Assembly: GCF_001194135.2 (NCBI RefSeq)
Contig: NC_068988.1
Span: forward strand, 40,766,087 to 40,798,988
Length of the DNA stretch: 32,902 nucleotides
Reading direction: 5' to 3'
Origin: Octopus bimaculoides
Lineage: Eukaryota
The notes under the pieces are model-generated. The model ran no database searches, was not told the origin of the DNA, and saw nothing but the letters and a program-made list of their open reading frames with translations. Positions 22,739-32,682 of this stretch are shown here, in pieces. Position numbers and translations under genes: made by a program. Positions within the stretch are counted from its first letter, which is position 1. Each line of letters starts with the position of its first letter.

Positions 22739-24454
22739 AATTTTTTTTATTACCCATTACGGGGCGAACATAGAGGGCAAAATACACATGTGGGGACATA
22801 CAAACAGAGAAAAAAATAGAACCAACGTATGAAAAAATGACAGGAAAAGTGAAATGAAAAATAGAATGAAGCCACTCCCCCCACTTCATAGCAGCTTCAT
22901 TTATACCTTTTAAACTTCGTTCCCGCTAGAATATCGATTCCAAATTCTTCCACCACTTCCTCATATGTCATATACTGTGGTAATACGTCCCAATCCATTT
23001 TACCCCACAACATCTATAGCCGCTTTTAAATCTGTTACTTTTTCTCTGTTTATCCGAGCAAAACGTGCAACAGTGCTATCCCTTTATGTTGTCAAAACTC
23101 ATTGTTCCAACTGTTTCAAAGTGTTTCCAAGATAACACTTCTTTACACAGTTTTTCATAGAGTCATCATACATTACTGCGTGGCATATTTTCTTTTTTCG
23201 TTTTTCTTTTTTTGTCTGGTGGAGGGAGTTTAGGAGTTCTTGTCTGTTTGTACATTTTTCTGTGTCAGACAGGTGATGATCAGGTTTGGTGTCTGTAGGG
23301 GGAGGGTGGGTCGATGAGGGTGTGGGTGGGTGTTGGGTGGTTATGGGGTTTAATATTTTTCTTTTTCACTTGTCCCTTTTTCCTATTGTTTCCCATTCGC
23401 TGTCTGTTTCTTTCTTCTCTACTTCTGTTGATGTTTTTTCTTCCTCTTTATTTTCTTGCTCTCTCTGGCGCTTTCCCTCTTGTATCTCCTCCGTCTTTTT
23501 GGTCGGTGAAGGACAGACCGCCCTGATGTGGCCCTTTAGGCCACATCTAAAGCATCGACGGATTTTGCCCTCCACCCTGATCCTCATTATCACGTTGTCC
23601 ATAATTATCGTTTCAGTAATGTTTTCTAGGGTTTCGGTTGAACCTTGAATAATCATGTCCAGTATCTGTCCCTTCCATATAGCACTTTGCGTTTTTTAAT
23701 CCAGGAGAACCGCTATGTTGTCCTCATTTCCCAGAAGGACAGCCACATCTATTTCTGGCGGAATTCCTTCCACCCTAACTCTGGTCGCACGTTATCCGCG
23801 GTAAGTGGGCAAAAGCACCACTTCCTCACTCTTAATGGAAGTTGCTGCGTGCTTTTTTGCTGTTGCCGCGTCCTTGAATCTCACCTCCACTACTCCGACC
23901 TTAGTACCTCTCGCAAGGTATACAACTTCATGCCACATTGGTCTTAACGCTTTCTCTATTTAACCCGTGGTCATGACGTCAATTTTTCCTTCAATTATTG
24001 AAAATGTTTTGTACAAAATTGTTCTATCTTTCGTATTATTAAGCGTCTCTTGCGGTAGTTGGATTGGGTGACAATTTAACGTCAGATCTATCCCGACTTG
24101 ATAAATTTTTGTAATTTTCAAATTCACCAATATCAATATCATTTTCCTGGCACTTTGCCTTGTCCGCAAAGTTTCTCTTTTCTTCATTTAATTTTTCGTC
24201 CATTTTCTTGGCCGTTTTCAAAAATTCTTCCTCTGAAGACGACATATCTGAAAAGCTGAAGTCTTCTTCAGACATTCTTTTCACTAAGCCGACCCTCTTC
24301 TATGAGGAGGGGAAGAACAAACAAACTGCTGCAAAGCAGTGCAAAAACAATTAACGAAGCGTCTCAAACACTGATGCAAAAACAAACAAAATAATGATAA
24401 CACTCTGAAAATACCGTCCAAAATTAATCAAGTACACCGTGAATAACACAGGAA
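22739..24454 (-). mobile_element. ORF1-only (HAL1-like) non-LTR retroposon, ~1.7 kb, poly(A)-tailed, with 16-bp TSD
   Basis: TSD GCATGCTAACGATTCT (22723-22738) / GCGTGCTAACGATTCT (24455-24470); AATAAAAAAAA at the 3' end; ~180-nt 5' UTR; disrupted ORF1 from 24275 to ~22897; no EN or RT motifs seen. Confidence 0.8.
22897..24275 (-). pseudogene. Gag/ORF1p-like protein (acidic N-terminus, RRM-like region, CCHC zinc knuckle, P/T-rich linker, C-terminal domain), broken by stops and frameshifts
   Basis: MSEEDFSFSD...; RTILYKTFS...RGTKVGVVEVRFKDAATAKKH...TRVRVEGIPPEID...RIRVEGKIRRCFRCGLKGHIRAVCP (C-X2-C-X4-H-X4-C); ends ...DWDVLPQYMTYEEVVEEFGIDILAGTKFKRYK*. Confidence 0.75.
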
Positions 24455-24470
24455 GCGTGCTAACGATTCT

Positions 24471-24702
24471 TATTTCTTTATTGCCCACAAGGGGCTAAAC
24501 ACAGAGGGGACAAACGAGGACAGACAAAGAGATTAAGTCGATTACATCGACCCCAGTGCGTAACTGGTACTTAATTTATCGACCCCGAAAGGATGAAAGG
24601 CAAAATTGACCTCGACGGAATTTGAACTCAGAACGTAACGGCAGACGAAATACCGCTAAGTATTTCAGCCAGCGTGCTAACGTTTCTGCCAGCTCGCCGC
24701 CT
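24471..24702 (-). mobile_element. Full-length tRNA-derived SINE with an alternative, Tx1-like 3' tail
   Basis: Head GGCGGCGAGCTGGCAGAAACGTTAGCACGC, B box GAGTTCAAATTCC, central domain, then tail CTTTGTCTGTCCTCGTTTGTCCCCTCTGTGTTTAGCCCCTTGTGGGCAATAAAGAAATA. Confidence 0.9.
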
Positions 24703-25054
24703 CAAACAATGACTTTATATTATATGACATAGGTAGTACAGATTTTTTTAATAACAATCAAATGTTGCGAAAGGGTTTCAATTTTCAGTGTAAATAATTA
24801 TATTTTATCTATGCAGCTAGTACTCCTCATAAAACTGGTCAGTCATGAAAATAACTTATTCAGCTTTATAGATTTGAATTGTTCAGCAGAATTGTTAGAA
24901 CCTTGCGATGTTTAGCTACAAGCCTTTATATTCTAGCTTCAAGTTCCACTGAGGTCAACTTTGCATTTCATAAAATAATGTAGATACCTAATACAGAGAT
25001 TGGTTTATATTCCTAGAATGCATCTACGATATAATACAAGAGATAAGTTTTCAA

Positions 25055-25200
25055 GCTTTGACACAATGTCAGCAGTTTTTGAAGGAAGAAGTCAATTACA
25101 TCGACCCCGTACTTAACTGGTACTTTATTGTGTCGTCCCCGAAATGATGGCAGAAAAGTTGACCTCAGTAGTATTTGAACTCAGAACGTAACGACGAACA
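25055..25200 (-). mobile_element. Degenerate partial copy of the tRNA SINE
   Basis: ATTACATCGACCCCGTACTTAACTGGTAC...TTGACCTCAGTAGTATTTGAACTCAGAACGTAACG. Confidence 0.7.
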
Positions 25201-25872
25201 AAATTAACCTCGATTTCTTCGAAAATCTCATTGCCACCAACTCTTTTCGCGACACACCTCAACAGCTGCTAAATCTACGCCAGATCTCACTCTACCGTTT
25301 TAAAAGTGAAAACTCATTGAATAATGTTGACTTGAGTACATTATTAGCTGAAAAAAAAAAAAAACAGGTTGATCATAGTTGTAAAATATTCTCTCATAGA
25401 CATGCTGAATCACAGCGGATCTGGAGCTAAGTAACAGCAACAAAAACATTCTCAGTTTTCGTAGCAACACCAAGCATGCACCCCCACCCTATGTGTGCGT
25501 GTGTGTGTGTATGCATGCATATATCGTGTTTCTATACTTTATTGTTTTCCAGACGGTTAAGCACATTTTGACAGAAATCTAGATGCAAATTTACACGAGT
25601 GCAGAGTTTGTAAAGAAATTCATCGGCTGACTAGTGTTTCTCTGTCGTATTGTGCTGGTATGTGCAAGTTTTCCTGTGTTACGGATCGTCGTATTTTTTT
25701 AAGAGTGTTACAGTCAATTATTATTTTGTGCAACATTGGTGGCATCCTAGTTACGTGATTAATGTTCTTTTGTGTAGAATATGCTTTGAAGGAACGTGTG
25801 CCTTGAATGAATTTGCAACTTGCGCATTGAGTGAGGTTATCAGCTGTTGCTGTTATTCTTTGGATGCAGGAA

Positions 25873-26290
25873 GGCGGCGTCTTGACAGAATCTTTACTAC
25901 ACCGGTCAAAATGCTTAGTGATATTTCGTTCGTTTTTATGTTCTGAATTCAAATTCCACCGAAGCTGACCTTTCGAGGTCGTTAAAATAAGTACCAGTTA
26001 CTTACCCCTCACCCGGAATTGCTGACCTCAAGCCAAAATTTGAAATCATTATTTGGTTGCAGGAGAGTGGAGAATTGGCAGAATCGTTAGCGCATCGGAC
26101 AAAAATCCTTAGCGGCAAGTCTTCCGACTCTTTAAGTTTTCATTTCAATTTCTCCTGTCGAAGTTAACTTTGCCTTTCATTCCACTAGAGCTGATAAAAT
26201 AAAATGCATGTCAAGCACTGGGGGTTGGGGTGATTGACTTGTCTCGCGCCTCAAAATTCCTAACCTAGTGCCAAAATTAGAACCATTTGG
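25873..26290 (+). mobile_element. Two tandem degenerate tRNA SINE copies (25873-26047 and ~26065-26285)
   Basis: Heads GGCGGCGTCTTGACAGAATC and TTGGCAGAATCGTTAGCGCATCGGAC; tails GCCAAAATTTGAAATC and GTGCCAAAATTAGAACC. Confidence 0.7.
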
Positions 26291-26524
26291 TTCTATGTCT
26301 GCCGTGATATAACAGACTTTTGATTAAAGGTATACCAGACTTGATCAACTTGTTCTTTGCCACTCACCCACCCCTTGGCATGGAGTAACGTTGTACAACG
26401 TTATTCGATGTGACCTTCTTTTCTAAGCCGGGAGGACGTGATTTTATGAAAATATAGCAAACCGAACAACTACGTATATCTTCCCTCACTAGCTCTAACT
26501 CAACATCAGTTCAGGGTTTATATA

Positions 26525-26700
26525 GTTCTTTTCTACTCTAGGCACTAGGCCCGAAATTTCGGGGAGGGGGCCAGTCGATTAGATCAACTCCAGTACGCAA
26601 CTGGTACTTAATTTATCGACCCCGAAAGGATGAAAGGCAAAGTCGATCTCGGCGGAATAAATAATCTTTTCTATTCTAGGCACAAGGCTCGAAATTCCAA
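26525..26700 (-). mobile_element. 5'-truncated tRNA SINE plus an adjacent second tail fragment
   Basis: CTACTCTAGGCACTAGGCCCGAAATT...ATCGACCCCGAAAGGATGAAAGGCAAAGTCGATCTCGGCGGAAT, then CTATTCTAGGCACAAGGCTCGAAATT. Confidence 0.8.
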
Positions 26701-26743
26701 GTGAAGGTAATTTAACTTTTAAGACATTGTTTTATATGGATGT

Positions 26744-27064
26744 GAAGGCGCATTGCTTAGTGGTTAGGGCATTCGGCTCACGATCGCAAGGACGTGAGTT
26801 CAATTCCCGGCGAAGCGTTGTGACCTTGAGCAAGACACTTTATTTCACGATGCTCCAGTCCACTCAGCTGGCAAAAATGAATAGTATCTGTATTTCAAAG
26901 GGCCAGCCTTGTCACACCCTGTGTCACGTTGAATCTCCCTGAGAACTACGTTAAAGGTACATGTGTCTGTGGAGTGGCTCAGTCACTTGTACGTTAATTT
27001 CACGAGCAAGCTGTTCCGTTGAACGTATCAGCTGGGACCCTCGTCGTCGTAACGAACGGAGTGC
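26744..27064 (+). mobile_element. Full-length tRNA-derived CORE-like SINE
   Basis: A box TTGCTTAGTGGTTAG, B box GAGTTCAATTCC, CORE-like TGTGACCTTGAGCAAGACACTT, tail ...GACCCTCGTCGTCGTAACGAACGGAGTGC. Confidence 0.75.
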
Positions 27065-27613
27065 TCCTTGCATATGGGTACTAAGGCTTTGCACGTATAG
27101 TGATTTTTCAAGGAATTTTCGAGTTTCGCTCGAAAATCATCCATGGGTGCTGTTGTGCTTATGTGACATACGAAATTAGCTTCATTACTTATTTTAGGGT
27201 TTAATCCTGCTGTGCATTTCTTTGAGTTGTTATTTTCAATCCAAACCTCGTTAAGCATTGCGAATTAAATTTGGCTGTAGCGAAGTTTGATAAAATTGGT
27301 TCCAGTCTTTTGTGAGGTCGGCTTAATCTATTGTCTAATTTTAAACTACTGCACGAACCTCGTTTGCTTCAAGCGGTTTGTAGTCTGTTGCAAGTGCTGA
27401 GGCCAGACCTCCGTCCTGAGAATAAACACCTGTCTTTTTCTCACCAGTTTCGGAGGTCATAAAAATAGTCACGGGTGCCGCCCTTCCACCTTTTATTAAG
27501 TCATGAGAACAAGCAAGCGTATTTAATTGATGCGCAGTGAATATATTTTGGTCTGGTTTAGTATTCGTAAGTATATAAGTACATATGTGTGAATATATGG
27601 ATGCGTATCTATA

Positions 27614-28780
27614 CAGAAATGTCTTAACTTACGACGGTAATTGGTACTAAGACATGAGACTTAACTCAAAAACACACGTAACAGGTAAAAACATTTAAAA
27701 ATCCATTGCGATTCAGTAAAAAAAAAATTTCCGGTTACTATAAACATTTAAATAGGAATATAAAATTATAAAAGATAATGTTAAGAAAAATGCATAAAAG
27801 AACCAAAAATAAAAGAAAATATATAATGAATATAACAAACAAACATTTACTTAATTGGTGAAATCGATATGCTTAAATGGGTAGAAATGGAGACTGAATG
27901 AGAAGCTGAGATTACGATGTTTTCATTGGAGTGGAAGAAATCGATTTGTCATCAGCCATTTCCAATTCAACTTTCAGTGTGCAGCGATAACTTGTTTATA
28001 GTGCTTTGAACGGTTTTAATTTTCTTGTTATCCACAGTAAAATAAGGAACATAAGATAAGCATTGTAAACAACCTCTATTTTTCAAGTAAAGCGTTCAGC
28101 ATTAAAATCTTTCTCCTCGAAAAGGGCTAGTGATTTCTTCCTATACACAAAAACTTGTTGGTTTTGTTGATGGTGAAGCGTCTCGGTTCTGGTTCCATTT
28201 TCTGTGCCTCCTCTTGTTGTTGCTCTTCATGAAGCTCTGTCAACTCTTGTGAGCGGTTGCATATCATCATCAGTCAATGCGTCCAAATCCTCCTCCTCTA
28301 AATCTCTGTTCATTTCTTTTAACAACGCCACCAATTTTTAGTTTACATCAGAAATGAGGGAAGCCTTGAAATCGTTCACAAATTGGGGGCACAGTTTCTT
28401 CCAAACGGCATTCACACACGTTTCTTATTCATCCTTATATGCCAAATTGATATCAAGAATTGTCTTGCAAATATCATAATTCTTCCCAAGATCACGGAGT
28501 CTAATATTTTCCTCCATTTCTGTTGCTGCTACACCCTGCTTGAGTACACACTTTTCTTTTTTTGTCTTTGGTAACATTTGGTAGTAATATTTGAAGTTAG
28601 AAATGATAGCCTGGTCCAAATATTACAATAGAGAAGTGGTGCTAGAAGATAGGCATACCTCGACGATGTAAGGATAAATGTGAACGACGTTTTGCAGATG
28701 GCTTGGGGCGTTATCTAAAATAAAATAGCTCTTGAACGGAATTTGCTTTGTGGTACCCGACTGATGACTGCAGGAACAAA
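27614..28780 (-). mobile_element. pogo/Tigger transposon remnant (DDE C-terminal half + one TIR)
   Basis: Minus strand: FVPAV...(fs)LDNAPSHLQ...STTSLL*YLDQAIISNFKYYY...*CVNAVWKKLCPQFVNDF; TIR-like TA|CAGAAATGTCTTAACTTACGAC at 27612-27635. Confidence 0.75.
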
Positions 28781-29240
28781 GTTGGCGGCTAGTTCAACCA
28801 ATGTACATGGATTTGCAGAGGAAATGCTTGAGACCGTCCACGAGGTTAGCGGAGGTGGAGTTGAAGGAATCCCTGATAAAGAAAGTTCAATTGTAGGGAC
28901 AGGTAATAATGGTGGTATCAGTAATGAAAAAGCAGTATACCATCAGAGACAGGAGAAAGGGAGGGATCAATCTTAAAGACGGTGTTGGAAGAAGAGTTAC
29001 ATAGGAGGAGGTTACGGACATAACAAGGATGGTTAAAGCGGTGGGTGCAAGAGACTGTTGACCCGACTGGATTGCAGGCGATGGTTGAAACGAATTACGG
29101 ACTGCTGAATAGATAAGGTGGTAAAATAGCCGATGAGTGAAGAGGAAAGATGGTTACTTTGAGAGCTGCGCATGTTGTAATGCTGTATTGCAGTTGATTT
29201 TCTGGATGAAGGTTATTTTGACTTTGGGGACGAGCGTCAG
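28781..29240 (-). mobile_element. Second Penelope-like fragment (linker + start of GIY-YIG), a different lineage from 6357-6868
   Basis: Minus strand: ...RNLLLCNSS...FFIRDSFNSTSANLVDGLKHFLCKSMYIG*TSRQL matches the PLE pattern F.IRDSF.C.S.NL.Y...C..C...YIGET.R.L. Confidence 0.55.
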
Positions 29241-29366
29241 CGCATATGTTGATATTACTAATATTTATAAGTTTATAGTTTACAAGTGATCGCCGTCTAA
29301 TGACCAAAGAAAATAGTCTAATACTGCGGAATGTAAGCCCTCGACGGAGAAAAGTAGGGTTTTCTT

Positions 29367-29432
29367 ACGCATGAGACTCGAACCCACAACTCTTTGTTTT
29401 CACAAGTGTGTAACCATTAGACCAACGTATCC
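29367..29432 (-). pseudogene. tRNA-like pseudogene, copy 1 (anticodon loop deleted)
   Basis: GATACGTTGGTCTAATGGTTACACACTTGTGAAAACAAAGAGTTGTGGGTTCGAGTCTCATGCGT: A box, B box and T arm present. Confidence 0.6.
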
Positions 29433-29667
29433 CTAGCTTCTTTCGTCAGGTTTAAGAACTGTAATTGGCTCATAGTGTTATTTTGTAAACAAACATCATA
29501 TGCGTTTCTGGCGTTAGGTTTTTTTTCGTAAGCAGTGTCGATTTTCACAATTCTGTAAATATCATTAATAAGCTTAAAGATTATAAGCAATCACCGAGTA
29601 ATGAGCAAAGAAAATAGCCTAATATTTGAGCATATAAGCCCTCCAAGGAAAAAAAAAACGAAGGGCA

Positions 29668-29742
29668 TCGATACGCATGAGACTCGAACCCACAACTCTA
29701 TGTTTTCGCGACAGGTGCGTTACCGTTACACCAACAGCATCC
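29668..29742 (-). pseudogene. tRNA-like pseudogene, copy 2 (tentatively Thr-derived)
   Basis: GATGCTGTTGGTGTAACGGTAACGCACCTGTCGCGAAAACATAGAGTTGTGGGTTCGAGTCTCATGCGTATC; D stem GTGT/ACGC, T stem GTGGG/CTCAT; T-run about 10 nt downstream. Confidence 0.6.
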
Positions 29743-29984
29743 TTGGTTTCTTGCTGCCAGATTTAAGAACTATAATTTGTTCATAGTGTTGTTTTGTAAC
29801 CAAATAGCATGTGCGTTTCCTGCTTTTTTCTGTCGAGTACTTATATGCCTAAATATTGGACTATTTTCTTTAGTCATTAAACGGTAGTCGCTTATAAATA
29901 CTATTAACATTATTTACAGAATTGCAAAAATCGATACTGCTTACCAAAAAGTCATCGCAGGAAACGCACATAATGCTTCTATAT

Positions 29985-30033
<49 letters not shown>

Positions 30034-30112
30034 TGTGTGTGTGTCTTTGTGCGTGTGTGTATCTACGTATGTATGCATGCATGCGCGTGTGTGTGTGCGT
30101 GTCTGTGTGTGT
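29985..30112. repeat. (GT)n microsatellite
   Basis: Direct reading of the sequence. Confidence 0.9.
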
Positions 30113-31204
30113 GAAACCAGTTTTTAGCCAGTATTGTTCCCGGGTCCACTCTGATTCGGAATAGTAGCATCTGTCAGAGCCCAAGCTATGTGTTAACTAG
30201 TGTCTGTGATGACTTTCCATTTGAGTGCAATGCTAAGAAATGCACTTGGTTGATGTCAGGATGCACAATAAAACCACTGAGTGTGAGGAACCCTTGGCTT
30301 TTATCACAGTATCCTTCAAGGAGAGGGACACTCTGATGAAAAACCTGCGGTTTCACGTGATCACTAGCCATCTAACTTCGCTCTGGCACTAGGTATTAAT
30401 CACGGAGACTCAGAGAGTGTACTCGTGTTGTACAACAGTTTATCACTATAATCCGGTGATTTACAAATGTCTCTTTATGGTGACTTCATTTGTCATCCCA
30501 TCAGCTGAAAGTTCTGTAGCGATAGAACAGGGTGACATGAGCAAACCTATCCAGTTGGAAGCGCGCAGTAAGTTACAACTTGCGTCTGTCCCTTATGCTC
30601 CAAACCGTAAAGATGTGCAACGGGACAGAATAGTCATCTAAAGGGTGATGGGTGGAAAATCAGAAACGCCAGCGAGGAAGCGAAAGGAGACAGCTATCAT
30701 CTGAAATGGAACAATCACCATATNNNNNNNNNNNNNNNNNNNNNNNNNNNNNNNNNNNNNNNNNNNNNNNNNNNNNNNNNNNNNNNNNNNNNNNNNNNNN
30801 NNNNNNNNNNNNNNNNNNNNNTATATATATATAATATGATATAATATAATATAATATTAATATAATATAATATAATATAATATGCATGTATGTATATATG
30901 TGTGTATGTATAGTGGAAAAATACGTCTTTCTTTTTTTTTTATATAAATATCGATTGACTATACATTGGAAGTGTAAAAGGAAACAGCATGCATGAGTGA
31001 ATAAAACTGAATATTATGCATTGGTCTATTTCATTTGAAGAAGCTGTTGCGCATTATCATGGAACTTTGATCCAGTCAGTATTCCTGTATAAGATTTGAC
31101 ACTCAAATAGAGGATATGATTAAGAAGTATCATCATATAATTTAATTTGTTTTACTAGCACGCCTCCCAAAACTCTTCTTTATGTTTTTTTTTATATATA
31201 TTTA

Positions 31205-32037
31205 CTAGCTGAATACCCAGTATTGCCCGGTTTATTGTTGTTCATATTCAGATTAGTAAACAATAAATGTGAAGATAGATATTTTTCTTATAATTATTTT
31301 TAAATATTTATATTTTATTTTTAAAAATTCAAATCGTAATGATAATAGAATTTAGAACAGAAAATCAGTCAATTTGAAGTACCTCGGGGTAAACAATATT
31401 CAATGTGTAACTTTTTGTTGGTGTTCAAATGAAAAAACTGTTGCTACTTCCAACTCGTGAACAAGACACATAGAGCTGGCCGTGGGAGAAGCATATAGCA
31501 GAGAGATCAAATCCAACTACATTGAGAGATTGACCCTGAGATTTGTTGATTGAAATAGCAAAACTTATTTTGACGGGAAACTGAAGCCTCTTAAATTCAA
31601 ATGGAACATCTGTAGGTATGAGAGGAAGTTTTGGAATGAAAACATTTTCCCCTTTGTGACAATCTGTAATGATTGTTGCCTGTAGGACACAGGGCTTCAT
31701 GGAAGTAACAATTAAGCGTGTTCCATTGCACAGGTGTTGTGGGTCAAGATTCTCAAGCGACATAATGGGAGCACCCAGCTTTAGTGTAGATGTGTGTGTG
31801 TGTGTTTAATAACGTGCCTAACAAACATGCAAACACACACACATACACACTTGCCAAAATTTGAAATCGATATGCATAGCACTGCACAATGCTAAGATAA
31901 ATACATGAAAGTCACTTATTAGTCCCAAACAAACATAGGTACATAAATGAGGCGGTGTAAATCTGTCAAAATTTATTTTCTGGTGGTAAAATTCACTCAT
32001 ATCTGACTAATGCAAACCACTATAAAGAGAACGTAGA
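31205..32037 (-). mobile_element. Non-autonomous Helitron (~830 bp) retaining the PIF1-like helicase C-terminus
   Basis: 3' end CCGGGCAATACTGGGTATTCAG-CTAG|T (hairpin-like + CTAG) at 31205; putative 5' end A|TCTACGTTCTCTTTATA at 32037 (less certain); helicase ORF inside. Confidence 0.7.
31425..31763 (-). pseudogene. Helitron Rep/Hel PIF1-family helicase C-terminal fragment
   Basis: NLDPQHLCNGTRLIV...FIPKLPLIPTDVPFEFKRLQFPVKISFAISINKSQGQSLNVVG...FSHGQLYVSCSRV: helicase motifs V and VI. Confidence 0.92.
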
Positions 32038-32399
32038 TTATCCCAACATTATTTGATCTACAAAGAAAACTATGAACACAAAGAAAAAGTGAGGTTTAGA
32101 TATTTTACTCTCCCAAACAAACGACCAGCTGCATGCGAAAGCGTCGTTGTGAATTAAACAAACTTTTAGAACTATACAAATGTTTGTGACATATTTGGTA
32201 AGTAAAAGGTTCCATTTTCTCTGAGGTTTGCAGAGGAAAAAATTCTAGCTTTATGCAACAGAATTAAAACACGAATAGTCATCTCAGGACCTCGCTATAA
32301 ACTGATGAAGGAATTTCTAGCAAAAGGGCTATCATCAGCTATTATCATTTAAGTGTATGAATGCGCGCGCACGTAGGTGTTTGTGGTCGTATACGTAAA

Positions 32400-32640
32400 T
32401 CATTTTATCTTTTCCTTGTTTCAGTTAATGAACTGTGGCCAAGCTGTGGCAGTACCTTCAACTATTTCAGGCGAACAAATAGGCCCCAGGACTTCTTTCA
32501 TTCTTTTTACTTTTTTAAAACTTTATTTCTTCTTCAATAGGGCCCTTTTACCTGACATGTATGTCACGGATGCTTAATCAAAGAATTAAAACCGCACCTG
32601 TTGTCAAACGGCAGTGGAGGTAGTGGAATATGACAAACAC
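32400..32640 (-). mobile_element. Degenerate 3' half of the two-part SINE, followed by a (CA)n tract at 32640-32752
   Basis: TTTTATCTTTTCCTTGTTTCAGTTAATGAACTGTGGCCAAGCTG...GTTGTCAAACGGCAGTGG...GACAAACAC. Confidence 0.55.
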
Positions 32641-32682
32641 TGATACAAATACATACACACATACACACCTATACATACATAA

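Larger units (their letters stand above)
29250..29950. repeat. Composite repeat: ~300-bp-period direct duplication plus a ~110-bp inverted arm, enclosing tRNA-like copies
   Basis: Arm 29521-29640 is the reverse complement of 29840-29950 (GTAAGCAGT.TCGATTTT..CAATTCTGTAAATA...TAATGA..AAAGAAAATAG.C.AATATTT); truncated direct arm at 29250-29340. Confidence 0.8.

Noticed and set aside
25620-25870. Minus-strand PPMLHKIIIDCNTLKKIR resembling an I/Jockey-type LINE C-terminus
   Set aside because: Single weak motif and no supporting 3' tail identified.
30325-30370. CTGATGA-AAAACC-TGC-GGTTT hammerhead-like start
   Set aside because: GAAA core is missing and there is no stem I complement.
30120-30720. 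Non-repetitive-looking stretch examined as a possible host exon
   Set aside because: Stops in all frames checked and no recognizable protein motif.
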